From Rhynchobatus australiae (taxonomy: Eukaryota), in the NCBI GenBank assembly GCA_034780895.1, contig JAUZTB010000094.1, positions 2,247,111 to 2,311,110 on the forward strand: DNA of 64,000 nucleotides, given 5' to 3'. Position 1 is the stretch's first letter; every line of letters begins with the position of its first letter. This document shows positions 1 to 15,295 of this stretch, one piece after another. The notes under the pieces are model-generated. The model was given only the letters and a program-made list of their open reading frames with translations. It was not told the DNA's origin and ran no database searches. The position numbers and the translations under genes were made by a program.

Positions 1-2504
1 CTTAAAATTCCCAAAAGAGTCCACTTGATCCTTTCACAGAGCATATTTCTGGGGAATCCTTCCTAATTGTCCATTGACTGTGGTCAGTTAACTAAAGTAA
101 TTCCTTATGCTGCTGTTTTTTTTTGCTATTCCAGGATTAGCAAGGGAGGTATGGACAACTTGAGGCTTTTCTTTTCAGTGACAGAGCTTCTCCACCCTTC
201 CCTCTTGTCATCTCCAACACTAACTGGGAGCAACACCTTGGTGTTTCCATCTCAGAAATCAGAACCATCTGAGTTTCAGACCTCGCGTCCTTACCAATGC
301 TAAACCCACTTATTCCCACCTTGGCCACATTGCCTGCCTCTTCCTCTTCGGCCCCAGTGTCTCTGAAAAGCTCACCCCCTCCCAGTCTCTTACTCCGGGT
401 TGATCTTATTGCCTGTCTGAGATCCAAAGTCACATCTCCCTGCTGATTCCAAGGCTGTGGTTCCCCCATTACTCCAGCGCTCATCAACCTTCACTGCTCT
501 CTGTGCACTTCAACATTCTCTTCAGAAGCCTAGTCTGNNNNNNNNNNNNNNNNNNNNNNNNNNNNNNNNNNNNNNNNNNNNNNNNNNNNNNNNNNNNNNN
601 NNNNNNNNNNNNNNNNNNNNNNNNNNNNNNNNNNNNNTCAGAAGCCTAGTCTGCAACCCACTCAGTATTGTCCCTCCTCACCTCCACAACCTCATTCAGC
701 TCCATGTTTTTCCAACTCAGGCTTCATGCCAATACCGATCCACCTTCTTGCCCCCTCCCCGACCCCTCTCTTAGTTGTATTTCATCTCCTCCCTTGAGAA
801 CTCACTCCCCAAATCCTTCCCTTGTTGCTACCACAAGAACTCTCCTTAAATTGGTCACCTGTTGAATTCTTCTGGCTCCATTTTGCAGTGGTTAGTTCTT
901 TGACTGTATAAACTCAGAATATTGCTTGGCTGTGATATTGTCTTCAATAATTGTAACTGCACTTCCTGCTCTCTGCATTGATAGAAAGCCCAGTGGTACT
1001 GTACATCAGAAGGTCTCACTGAAACTTTGGTACTGGGGTGGAGTGATCAATACATAGCTTGAGCACCAGGTGCTTTGTATTATTAAGGAATCAGTTTAGG
1101 CTTTGTGTCCAGCCTAGAGTTGAGGGATGAGAAGCTCCTGACTGCTTGGAAGACTCAAAATTGACATGACTGAGTAGCCTCAATCCAGTCATCAGTCATT
1201 TAAAGTTGAAGGTAGCACAATCTCTGAGGTCATGGGGTAGTTGGCATTGGTGGGGAGGTGTGAAGTGGCAAGGGAAATAGGATCTTGATACAACAAAGGA
1301 TCAGGTACATAGTCGAATTGTGATACATGCCTAGCCTTCTTATTGACCTTTCTCCCACCATGTTTTACTGGCTTTTTAACCCCAAATTCTCAGCATATGT
1401 CAGAATTCTACCAAGAATCATAAGTAGCCTCAGAAGGCAAAATGTGCTCAGTTTAAAGTCTCTGAAGTTGGTAAAATCTAACCATTCCCTAAGACAAAAT
1501 TAAAGATGGTTCTGAACTGAGGTGGTTTGAATGGCTTTTCTCTCAGGATAACACCCAGTGCGTGGTCATTGGTGATCACACTTGCAAAGCCAGAGAAGTG
1601 ACCAAGCTGGGAAGCACCTGAAGTGAATGGCATGGAAACTGAATTCAGTTCTTCACACTGACCGATCCACATCCACTCCCACAGAATTCTGGAATAGTTC
1701 TTTATAAAAAGACACCATCCCTGATTTTGTGATCAGCAGCCAGCGCTATCACCTCACTGCAGGGTTCAAAGCACACTGCCCTAGCAACCTCTGCGGCATG
1801 GACTTCCTCTTACTTAGCTCCTGCTGCTGCCAGGCATCCGCTCAAGGGGATTCCTGGGCACTCAACGGCTGTGGTATTGTCAAGCTGGTCAGGCAGATAA
1901 TCAGGTGAAAGAATAATCAGCAGCAAACCAAAGCGCAAAGATTGGTACATACACCCTGGATTAAAAATATTTATGTAATATCAATGAATTTAATTTTAAG
2001 ATTATAAATATATTATATTTTGAAATGTTTAACTGAGGAAATTTCAACCAACAGACAAAATGTTAGGGCAGAGTATGCTAGCCAGTAATTATGGTTTAGT
2101 ATGGCTTGAAAACACTTAAATCTCAGCAACAAAACACAACCTTTCCAGAGTATTTAACGGCAAGACTAGTTTGCAAATACGTAAATTAAACTGATTTTCT
2201 GTTGACTCTGGTGGACAAGGCTCCAGAACTGTGAAGCCCGTGGAGTGCGGGGCCAAATCAGTGACAGGAACCTTGAGACCTCTGCATTAAACTGTGTACC
2301 TGTGGGAATCCCAAGGTTGCTGTCAGTTTCACGGTATTGATGGCAAACACTGTTGGATTCACCATCATCCTAAGTCTGCAATAACCAAACACTCCCCACT
2401 CTCCCCCTCCAATTGGCATCTGGTTTTACACATTGACTGGTCAGTAAAGGATGGAAAGGAATGTTAGCCGGAAGCTCACTCTTCGCCCCTCATTCTCCTC
2501 GCAG

Positions 2505-2576
2505 GTCTCTGGCTGTGAGGGCTACAGCCCAGATGAAACCAAACTCATTGGATTTGCACAGCTCAGCATGAGATGA
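2505..2576 (+). CDS. Terminal coding exon of a SPAK/OSR1 (STK39/OXSR1)-family Ste20 kinase (end of the CCT domain)
   Basis: Branch-like ctcac (~2475), polypyrimidine tract and acceptor cttcgcccctcattctcctcgcag|GTC. Translates [23 protein letters not shown], close to the recalled C-termini of human STK39 ([24 protein letters not shown]) and OXSR1 ([24 protein letters not shown]), with the stop at the same position. Upstream exons not confidently seen. Confidence 0.85.
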   Translation, partial: [23 protein letters not shown]

Positions 2577-2917
2577 CAATCCTCCTCAGAAACCGGTACC
2601 AAAGAATTCTGGGACGCCTCTCTATCAACACGACCTGAACCTCCCCTGCCCTTCCCCAAGAGCACTTTATATGATTCTGTTTAATTCTCATGCTTCAACT
2701 AGTCCTCGCATACTATCAATGTAGTAGTAATAGCTCAATATTCCAAAAAGGAATTTCAAAGACTTTGAAATGACTTAGCACTAGAATCTGCTCCAAGTTC
2801 TTAGCCATATACAATGGGCTTATGCCTCCTTGAATAGAGTCAAGTGTCTTAATTCAATTGCGGAATTATAAAATAGAAGCAGGTTTATCTCCCTCCCTCG
2901 TACAGCCTAGGTTCAGT

Positions 2918-2965
2918 ATTAAGGTAAGAAAAGGTCTCAGAATTAAGGTAAGAAAAGGTCTCAGA
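2918..2965 (+). repeat. Perfect 24-bp tandem duplication
   Basis: attaaggtaagaaaaggtctcaga occurs twice in tandem. Confidence 0.9.
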
Positions 2966-5900
2966 AAAGGACTGTACTCAGGCCATTTCATCTTGATTAT
3001 TAACCATCTCCCTTTCCAGGATTAGAGCAGTCATACCCTCTTGTCCTGTTCAGAATTGGCATATGAAAATTGTTTACTTGGCTGAATTCGCCTTAGGGTA
3101 GATATACATATGCTGCACTACCAATTGGTATTACTTTAATACATTTTCAAAAGTGAGATAACTTCATGTGGCTTAACCATCCTCCTACCCTAGGAACTCA
3201 GTCACCAATGAAAAATAGGAAAAAAATTGAATCAGTGGCATAGGAAGATTAAAGAACTACTGTTTATAAATGGCCAGTCTCTTGCACAGAGATGAACAGT
3301 GAACAGTTTAGTGCCTGCAGCAGTGAGAGCAGTGTGTTTGGAAGGATTGTTATCAGTGAGGTAGTTACCAGAATATACTATATACTTGGATCCCCCCCAT
3401 CTATGACTCATCAGAGCAAACAGGCTGCCTGAAATGAGACCCACCTCCGTATTAATTTAGACATTTGTTACTCGTGAACCAGATGTTTAGTTGCAAAACC
3501 TGACCTTGTATCACAAGTGTTTGTTGCACAATATGAGCCTGATGATGAAGGTCAGTCTTGCTGTTAGAAGAGTTGTGGGTTTGAACTCTGAACCATGGCC
3601 CTTCAGTATTGAGCAGCCTGTTAGCTCAGTGGGATCCAACTGGATTTAAGGATACTTACCCCTTGAGCTCTCCCCTGACATTGTTAACTGGCTCAGCCAT
3701 GGAAACAGAATATTTTTAAAATCTAGAAACACACTGCTGTGCCCACTGCTTGGCTTGGAAGCTAATTTGACTCATGTCTGTGTGTGAGTTTGCAGGCTGC
3801 ACCCATGGCTGGGTGAATGAAAGGAGTCTTTTCCACGGTAGTCAAGTGCCAGCCAGCCATCCATGGAGGGGTGGTGTAGGGGGGAGCTGATCTTCCTCTG
3901 CTGGTTAAAGCAGAAATAATAAGATGCAGATACAATNNNNNNNNNNNNNNNNNNNNNNNNNNNNNNNNNNNNNNNNNNNNNNNNNNNNNNNNNNNNNNNN
4001 NNNNNNNNNNNNNNNNNNNNNNNNNNNNNNNNNNNNCAGATACAATGTAAACTTCTTCAAAAAGATTACTGGGGCTGTGGGAAGCAGGAGGGAAGTACAG
4101 CCTTAAGGCCTGGACAGTAGGTAAATGATTGACCTATTCTAGAACTCCTCTATTCAAGGATTGGGGCGTTCCAAGCGTAAAGCACACACAGATTTCTGCC
4201 ACCCATTTCCTTGAATTGTCATGTGTGTTGCCTCCAGTCCAACCACAATTTGTATGTCAGTTACTGAGAGATTCACCAAAGTATAGAACTGTGGGAATAG
4301 CAGGCATGTAGTGCCTCTCTGGCTTAGACTTGAACTTGGGCAGCACATATTTGAGTACATGGTCTGCTCTTGGCATTGGCCATTTCATACCAGGGGAAGG
4401 GCGAAGGGTGGGGTGGGAACCGTGGGTTGCTCTTGTTGGGTGGAAGCCGAACAAGTCAAATGCAAATTGTATACAGTGTTTCTTGCCCACTGGAATGCCC
4501 TGTCCTTTGGTGTGATGCTGAAGTGCCTGATCCATGCAGACAGATCCAGCCCCACTCTCTTTGCTCCTGGAGCACGACCCTCAAAAGACATTTGAAGCTG
4601 AAGGCTTGTGGGTTTGACTCCAGCTCAGCTTCAAATTCCAGGGGCAGACCGTGGCCACACAGAGTGGAAGGGGGTGGGGGGTAGAGGGAAGAGGAGGAAG
4701 CACCACCTTCCCAGAAACCAAAGAATGAGGTGGCCTGTTGACCTGGAAGTTTCAGGCAGTGGGAGCTGTAAACCCAGGAAACCAAACGTAGACTGCGCAG
4801 GAGCTATTTTTGTGAAATGAAGCTTTAGAAACTGTGAAGATGCAGGTAAATGAGGGCCTAGAACTTCCCCTGTTCCAATCTGCTCTCCAGGGTTCAGAGT
4901 CAAGCGAGAACTCTACCAACCTAGGGTCAATAGTTGAAACTGTTCTAATGAACCAAATAAATGTGATAACAATCAGACAGGAATTTTTATATTAGTGTTG
5001 ACTTGCGTGTAAATGCATGTCTTCTAGGAAGTAATCACTGACAGACAGCTTTTCAGAGGGATTAGTCCCCTTGAGAAGAACCATAACAGGGCCGTGCTTT
5101 GCCCCCAGGGTCAATCCCGGCTCAGTTCAGAGTTAGTTCATGTATTAGAGGGGGTGGAAAATCTTCCTCACTAACCCTCCTCTAGAGGGAGGGGAATAAA
5201 ATTAGTCAGGATTTCCAGCCCAGGTCACCACCCATCGACCCCAGGAGACAATTTTCTCATTTGGGCTTTGCACAAAAATATGACCAGGCTTGGTCAGCAG
5301 GCCTCCATTGTCAGATTGCTTCCTGACAACTCGCGGGGGAAAGCCTGAAGATAGTGAAAGCTGAGGGAGTCCAGTTCACTATCTTCAGCCAAGGTGGGAA
5401 GATTAAAGAGGCTACCAATGCATTCGGTCAAAGATAAACACTTCTTGCTGTGACCACCACCCATGTCCTCAAACAATCACCACTATTCTGGAGAGAGATA
5501 ATTCAGGATAAATCTGAAACATTGTCCATTGCCACTAAAGCCTATGGTGTCCTACTGCAGTGAGGGGGTTTGCTAAAATACACACACGGTCTTCCTCTCC
5601 TGGGTTCTAGCCCCAGCCAGTTTTGCCTGATTCTAGCTTTCCAACACGTGCCTAGCTGGAGCAGAGAAAGAAAATGGCAACTTGACGCACTGCAGATAAG
5701 ACAAGAAACCTTCTCCTTAAATTGCAAATAAACAAGAGCAGGGAGAGGAATATTGTTTGCAGGTTGGTAGGGGAGAAGATTTTCTTTAAATAAAAAGAGG
5801 TAGAAATTAGGTTGAATTATATGGGGTCACAATGCTTTTCTTAAGAGCATTATTGCAAATTCATGAAGTGGGACACCATCTCTTGGCAGGGTAGGTCAGT

Positions 5901-8900
5901 CATGTTAATGTTCAGTTTGAAGTGGGCGTAGAGCATGTGCATCACTCTTTATTCTAATCACAGATGTACAATAGCCAGTATTCTGGGACTAGGACAGTTC
6001 TTTCATACCCAGAGAAATGATTCACTACAGGGTTGCCATCTATTTAGTTCTGAGCTAGGTGTCCAGACTTTTTAAACCCCACCACTCACTTATTGCAGTG
6101 GTGATGTTTAAAAAGGGGTGCAAGAGGAATGAAAAGATTAATATATCCTGCTAAAGTTGGTGTGAGTAATTAAAAGACATTAAAAATGAGTGTACTGGAA
6201 ATACACCAGGTGTGAAGCAAGTAACCAAGTTGATGTTTCATGTTGATGACCTCTCAGAAAAGGAAGGTGATATTCCCCAAACCTCAAACAAGCTGTAGTC
6301 CCACACAGAGCCAGGAGTGTTTGGGTTTGACAAAAATACAGCAAGCCGAGGTAATGATTGTGGGACCAAGCACAGAATTTGTGTTCAGTAACCAGTAAGT
6401 GCACATGACTGAGGAAAGTGCCTTGTATAACTGCTTTGTGTGAAGGATTTACCTGGTTCTAGATGAGTGTGAAACATTGTAAGGATTTATTAGTATACGG
6501 GTTTCAGTGTATTAATGCTGCTGCTGTTTACATCCCATGGTTACTGGATATATTGTATCCTCTTCATGGAAGACTGCAGAAATGGTGACTAATATTTTAT
6601 TTAAATGTTGATGTGAATGTGGGGAATTGTGAAAGGATTCCACCATTTTGAAGATGATTTTTTTGTTCAACATTGTAGAATGTGCCAGTAACCAACTTGT
6701 TGCACTACTGAGAAAGCTCTCCCTATGGCTGTGACAGGTGCAGTTATGTCTTTTTCAAATAAGCATTTAGTCATCCATTCCACACACATATACTGTTATG
6801 TGCCTGTATTACATTTACAGGACAAAGGTTTATGTAGTGCTGGACCAATCTGTTCTCTAACGCTCAGAGTCTCAGAGGGTGGCAAGGTTAAAATTAACAG
6901 TTCTCCAATGCAGAAGTGCATTATAAAGGCAGATAGTTTGAATAGATGACTCCCCTAGGCTAGGAACATCAGCTAGATGAGAGCTGCCTCATCAATTAAA
7001 AAAGCAAAAGGGAATACACTTTTACCATTTCTTCAATCCAAAAATTGACCAGCAGTGTTAAAGCCAGGGTGGTTTAACTGGGGCTTTGGCCTGTGTCGAG
7101 ATCACTTCCAGCCTTTTAAACTCTTGCTGTCCAGGAAAAAATGCCAAAGGCATGATCTGGGGCTGAAATTTTTATTGAAATGAAGCTTCTAGTGTATAAA
7201 TGAGGCAGCTAACATTTTGACAGGAAGTGGAGACAGTAATGGGCCTGCTCTGGTGGGGATTAGGAGAGAAGGTGGAAGGAATCTTTATGAAAGTTGATGC
7301 TATGTCACACTAGAGTGCTGAGTTAGTGATAGGAAGGGATCATGAAACCTAAAGTAAAAACTTACATTCTCATGTTACATGAATGGTGCTTTACTGCAGT
7401 AAGGTTTGCATTTAGTCCTTAATCTAATTTACTGGACCCATGAGCAGGACACAAGGAAGCATCTCCAAAACAAACAGATAGCTGGCTTTCAGAATAAAGA
7501 TTTTTCATTTCAGGTTTTATTTCCCTCAGGAGTTGTGAGGAAATAGGGTAAGAAATAAACTGAAAGAGAGATGCATCTTAAAAACCACATTAAATAATCT
7601 CTTGGATCTGTGCTGGAAAAGACAACTGTACAGTAATGGGCACTTTGTACCATAGGAAGAGCTTTTGTGAATCAGTGGGAGTTGAGAAGCAGTTTGNNNN
7701 NNNNNNNNNNNNNNNNNNNNNNNNNNNNNNNNNNNNNNNNNNNNNAACCACAATCCAAATTGTTCCTCGTCTCTGCACTACTTAATTACATTCTCATTTG
7801 GTGAAAAGAGTTTGTGGTCAAGTACCGTATCAGCATCGCACAACATGGTCACTGTTTCACTGGAGCACCATGACTTTGCAATTACTACAGATAGTCTAAG
7901 CTTCACATTTCTGGCCCATCCTCACACAGTACAAGTATTCAGAAGCTCACTTTACTGGTTACATTGTGCACCATTTGTGTGTTGCAAACATCAGCTTGTC
8001 TCAGTCAGTCAGACTCGTGCCCTGCTGCAAATTTGAGCCCATTCCAGTCCAGTCAACTTTACAGAACAGCATTGACGCAGTGCTGCATTGTTGGAGATGC
8101 CATCTTCCGAATAACACGATGCATTGAGGACTCTGCTAGCTGCTCAAGTGGATGTAAACCTCTATCTGAAGAGCAGGGAGGTTTATTCCCACAACACATA
8201 CGCACAGCCCTGTGCTTGGGTCATTAATCCTCTCCTAACCAACGCCAGTAGTAATGCATCATCCGGCTCCTCATTCATTTACTGTTTGTAAACCCTTACT
8301 GCGCGCAAATTTGGCTGCTGCATGTCTACATAATGGTGTAACTTAGTTTTTAAAAAAAAGCAATTCATTGGTTGAAAAGCACTTTGGGACACTGAGGACG
8401 CAAAAGGCGCTAAATTTCAAGCTTGTTCATTCTCTCTGCTTGCCATCTTTCATCAATTCAGAAAAGCACAGTTGCTGCAATTATAAGAATATCAAGAATT
8501 TAGCCACTGTCAACAATGCAAATAGCCCTAATCAAGCCAGCAAATTAGAAATAACAAGCGAAAACAGATTTGCCTGGGCTGTGTTAATTGAATTCCAGGG
8601 CTTGTGGGCTATTACGTGGAGATTCAGAGACAGGACAGTTTGGGTTTATCCAGAAGAGGATACCAAGCAAGCAGTGCTCCCACCTTGCTATAATACTATA
8701 GATATTCAAGAAAACAATTAATCTCCAAGTTCTTCAAAACCAGTTTAAGATCTATAGATTTAGGTGTTACCAGAAGATCGGAGATGGACCCTGTTCAGCT
8801 AGGTCTGAATAGGACCTCAAGGAAGTGGGTGAAGCAACTGACCATGGGAAGTCTTGCAACAGAAATGGCAGGAAAAGCCTTTGAACACTCGGGTCAAAGA

Positions 8901-10978
8901 CTGTGTCCCAGTCACCAGCTGTGCACCAAGAACCAAGTGTATTACAAAAAAGATGAGGTGGTCGAATTACTCTTCATTCCGTTGCGTCAGTCCTAAAAAC
9001 AAAGATGGAAAACCATGCTTCTCCTCCTTCCCCACAGAGGAGGGTTTACAAGAAGATTTAGAAGGTTCCAAGTGACAGGAAAAAAAGGTAAAAGACTAAA
9101 TAAAGTTAAGAGTCTGAAAATAATGAAGGAATTTTAAAAATTGAAACCTTAGTAGTTTAATTTAAAACCTATAAAGTACATCAAAATTTAGTTAACAACT
9201 TTTTTGAACCCTGAGAGAGCAAACAGCATAGAATGAGAGAACACATGCAAGGTTAGGCAAGTTAAGAAAAGACTATGACAACCAAAGAAAAATTGAAACT
9301 ATCAGAGGCAGTGACTTACCAAAAGTATTTCCAGAGGAGAAGCAGAATATCCCAGCGCAAGCAGCCAGATGACAAAAGGATTTAAGATTATATTCTTCAA
9401 CTAGGAATATAAAGTGCTGAAAACAATTGACAACGAATATGGACTGTAATCATAACTTTGCAAATCCATACTGTACACACGGGCCAAGAAAGCAGCTCTG
9501 TAAGAAAACCTAGCTAAGACTGAGCTATGTCAAACACTGGGAAACAATGATCACAACTGGACTTAAATATAGGGTAAAGCAATTAATGTAATTCTCATTG
9601 CTTAAGCTTGTGATGATTAGTCATGTTATAAAATATTGAATAAAGTAATATTAGTTAGTGCACCTTTCTGACGTCCTCTGTGATGGCTGACAAGTACAAT
9701 TACTCCTTCCAGCAATTTGGCTTGTACACTGGGTAGAGACAACAGTATAAAGACATGCAAATTTTGGCATCTTGTGAACTTTCAATATAAACTAAGAACA
9801 AAGAAAATGGGGAAAATAACACCTTTTGAACAGCACCAATGGGATGGTTTGAGAATTTCCCATACATTCCAATTCTACAGTAGGAAAGGGAAAGAAATGT
9901 CTCCAAGAAAATCTATCCTGTACACCAACAGGCACCATTCAGGGAGCTTGGTTCACAGTATTCTTTGTTACTCCACTAAGGGAGACACAGGATCAGGCAC
10001 CAGAGTGCATCAATGATTTCAGTTTACAGAGCTGCACGGTAGCACATTAACATGAGAGTTTTCTCTGTAACAACCTGAAGTACAACCACGTTGTATCAAC
10101 TGCACTGTAAACTTTCTGGAATGTGAATTTTTCCAAAAAGTAGAGAAAGTTAACCTTGGGGCTAGTAAATGATTGGTCATGCAATGGATAGTGATACTGT
10201 GCACTTCTGTACAAGAATGTCACGTTTGCATTCTTTGTAATTGAGAGATACCACTTGAGTTTCCATTACAGCTGGTAATCTATTTAATGTGTGGAACTAT
10301 ATGAACATTGGTTTGTCCTCTTCAGAGCATTGTGTAGCAGGTGTTGACACATATATTGTATACGTGTACCCTATATAGTAGCGGGCAAAACACATCGGAT
10401 GGTTTCAAATATTTGGACACACTACAATTTCTGCAGTCACCAGAATTTGGAGAGAAGCAGCATTAGGGTCACAAACTGTTTAACCATGCCTTGGGTCTAA
10501 ATCCCATTCAAGTGGGAATAATTGAAGTCATTTAATATGGGTGGAGAGTAAAGGATTTTTCACTCCAAATAGAAAAGTCCCAAATTCTTAAGTAGCAAAG
10601 TGAAATGCAGTATTTTTCAAATCTTGACGGAATGGTTAAGAGTACTTTGCTGATGCTTAAACAATAATCTTCCAACGTTCTTACCCATTTCCTTTAAACT
10701 CTGGGAAGGGTACTGCTTAATAATTACATTTGGAGCTTCATGTCAAATATCTTTCTAAAAGCAGTAATTTCAAAGCTGAAACACAAATCAGAAGCATCCT
10801 CCTAATTGGAGCATTGTGCTGGATTCCTGTGGGCCGATATGCTGGTGTGTGATGCTGTCTGGGGCTCCGAGCTCATTGCCAGGTGGTGTTGGAGATGTGT
10901 AATGTACCATGCTCAGTGTCAGCAATGCATCCAGAATGAAAAGATAGACAGAAGGGCAATAAACTTTATACTAAAGAG

Positions 10979-10991
10979 TTTATTATTTATT
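10979..10991 (-). terminator. Probable LIMA1 polyadenylation signals (two AATAAA on the minus strand); 3' UTR about 1.9 kb
   Basis: TTTATT on + at 10979-10984 and 10986-10991, followed on the minus strand by a pyrimidine/U-rich downstream element (tttattgcccttctgtctatcttttc). Confidence 0.6.
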
Positions 10992-12906
10992 ACATGCTAA
11001 ACAAAGAAATCATGACAGACAATACACAACTGTAAAAGAAAGTCAACAGTATTGGTCGTCAGTCCTTTTACTCCAATTTGAGTATTTCTTAAATTACTTC
11101 CAGTTTGAATGGACAAAAACTAGGCTAGCTGCCTCAGGATTTTGGGATAGCATGGTGGGTGTTCCGGCTTGGATGAATGGAACAAAAATCATCCCTCATC
11201 TGAAGTCTCCCAGAGAATAATTTTGGGTGGAGTCACAACACACAAGTTCCAATTTAACACCAAACCCAAAGACAGCTTGGGGATAGCTGGTATCAAGATT
11301 TGGAGAAACTTAGTAAGTGGTGACATCTGGGGTTAACATGGAGGAGTCAGTGGAGATCTACTTACCATCTGGTTGTCTCAACATGGACACTCAGCTCAAA
11401 AAAGTATTCCCCACTCTTACCACCAACATCCCTACCATGGAGGGGGAGAAGCACCAGCATCCTATACATCAGTGCTCTTTTAATTGGAATTAAGAATGCA
11501 ATGATTGATATACCTGCAGTAAAATGAGAAACATCAAAGTGCAATGTAATAAAAAGACTGACTTTNNNNNNNNNNNNNNNNNNNNNNNNNNNNNNNNNNN
11601 NNNNNNNNNNNNNNNNNNNNNNNNNNNNNNNNNNNNNNNNNNNNNNNNNNNNNNNNNNNNNNNNNCTGCAATTAGAAAAAAAAATCACCTTAAACTAATC
11701 AAGTGCTAGGAGGCTGTAGTGGGTCATCTAACATAACCAGAAAGCACAGTTCAACATTGTGCAGCATTAGTGTATACCAGAATGTCAGAAGATTAAAACT
11801 GCAAACTATAATCACATATTATCAAATTCTTCACTTCCCATCTAAAATCAAAATCACATTATTTTCAGCAGCATCCTGTCCTCACACACATGCTGTCCAT
11901 ACGTAAAAACCAAAAAGGTATAAAATGAGAGAGATTGGGGAACAAAGGCAGATTGACTGAAGACTAATGTTAGGTTTGCAGCCCACAACATTGCTGCTCA
12001 AGTGGTGTTATTCCTATGCCTCCACTTTCATATCACTGGAGTCTTGTGCCCAACTTTGACACGAAGTGAAACCCTTAAAATGTCATGGTTACCCAGGTTT
12101 GAAACTCCAACATTGGAAAGGCTGCCTGGTCACACAGAATGTTTGGAGTCCAGCCCTTCTGTCACTCAACTTTGAGTGATGGATCTCCCTAGCCAAATGC
12201 ACTCAATCAAGCAGGATGTCCAAAAAAGAGTGCCTCTGATACCCTCTCACTTCAAGGTAGTTCTATTGACAGCTACCTTCAATCTTGGTTAGTTTTTGCT
12301 CCTTTATTATTTATAGTCAAGGTGTCTTCAGTTCTTGAATGGTTACCTTATTTCTTGATAAGCCCAATACATCCTTTCTACAACAGATGCTGGGAGACCA
12401 TTTGAAAGGGGTGCTAAAAGTGTGGACCAAATATAATGCGAAAAAGGAACTGCAGCTTTCCACTTTGCCAGAAAATTTATGTAGTGTTTTGAAACTAGAT
12501 CAGCTCCTGCCCAGTGAGTGGTGCTGCCCCAGAGCCCAGGCCTGCACACTGGAATCTCACTGCAATTTAAACTGTGACCCATTCTTTTCACATGCTTGGA
12601 CCTTTACGACATGTATCTTTTGGGGCTGGCAACAATAACCAATGGAGAGGAAATAGGATTCATAGCATGCCCAAGCACAAAGTAATTTTCAGAGTGGACA
12701 TTAATAAAACTGTCAATGTAGCAGTTCTTGCCTCTTATTCCAAATAGAAATCAACTTACAANNNNNNNNNNNNNNNNNNAATAATGTCCCCATCAACATA
12801 GGCACTTGAATAAACCACTTTACAGCAGGAAGGTCTGAGCTGATACATCTAGAACCCACAAGGCCAGTCACCAATTAAAACATGTAAATCACCATATCCA
12901 CAGCAT

Positions 12907-14049
<1,143 letters not shown>

Positions 14050-15130
14050 TTACAGGACTGCAGCCNNNNNNNNNNNNNNNNNNNNNNNNNNNNNNNNNNN
14101 NNNNNNNNNNNNNNNNNNNNNNNNNNNNNNNNNNNNNNNNNNNNNNNNNNNNNNNNNNNNNNNNNCAATGAGGTTGGTTAACCAGTGGGTCTCGAGCCAG
14201 ACTTTCAAAATCCTAGCTGCATCCCAGAGATAAGATTAACCCCTTTATTCTCCTCTCCAGCCAGCCCCCCAAAAAATTACATTGTGTTTAATAGGTTTTC
14301 TTTAAATTCTTTTTGAAGTGGCAACACAAAGTGACCTCTGACAGCTTAAGGACTCAGCACGCCAGCCACAAAATTTACAGCCTTGCTTGTTTCGAGTTTT
14401 CTTTTAGCCACAATGTTCCTCAAGGAGTGGAATTGTGTTTATTTTTCCACTGGGCTAACTTATGGTCTCCCTCCAAAATGACCTTTTGTGCCAAGTCTGG
14501 GCAACAACTGTCAAGGAGAGTACAGCAAAACTCCAATAATCCGGCACTAGATTGTTTGGAAATCCTGATGGTCCAACATTTGGCTCACTCATTAGTCTGG
14601 GATGTGAGCCTGCATCCCAAAGTGCTTGCATATTTCCTGCTCCCTTTAAATTCAACCAGGTTCACTTGGAAATGTTATTATACCACTGTTTAATGTGCAA
14701 AGACAAGTGAAATAAAAAAAGTGTTTGGTATTAATAGGAGCAATATCCATAGTCTGGAAAATCTGCCAGTCCAGCACCACCAAAGTGCCAAATTATTGGA
14801 GAGTTTGGTGTTTAATTGTGGGGACGGAGGTGGTGTGGCAGGAGGTAGTAAGCAATATGGACTTACAGGCACACTTCCCACTGAGCCCCGATTGAGAAAT
14901 CAAAAGCAGAGATGTTGGGGGTGCCTGATGTGGTCACTGCCGTTTGTCTAGAATTCCTGGGAGTTTGGGAGCTTCTGGTCTATATGGGCCATCAGCCCGT
15001 GGTGGTAGGAGTGGGAGGCTTAAGGAAATCCTTTGTGCAAAGTTTATACTTACCTATACTCAGCACGGGGGAGTTAAAAAGAACACATTGTGGATCAAGA
15101 CAGAGAATGAAACCAGAATCAGAGCCCTCA

Positions 15131-15295
<165 letters not shown>

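Noticed and set aside
1394-1470. Possible penultimate exon of the SPAK/OSR1-like gene (AYVRILPRIISSLRRQNVLSLKSLKL, phase 1 to 0, ending AAGTTG|gtaaaa)
   Set aside because: The phases fit, but similarity to the normally well-conserved VAANLQKIV...TFKL is too weak. The real exon is probably left of the window.
4129-4920. Cluster of overlapping ORFs; also checked as a possible B3GALT1-paralog remnant expected from synteny
   Set aside because: No recognisable domain or galactosyltransferase motif; likely 3' UTR or intergenic sequence.
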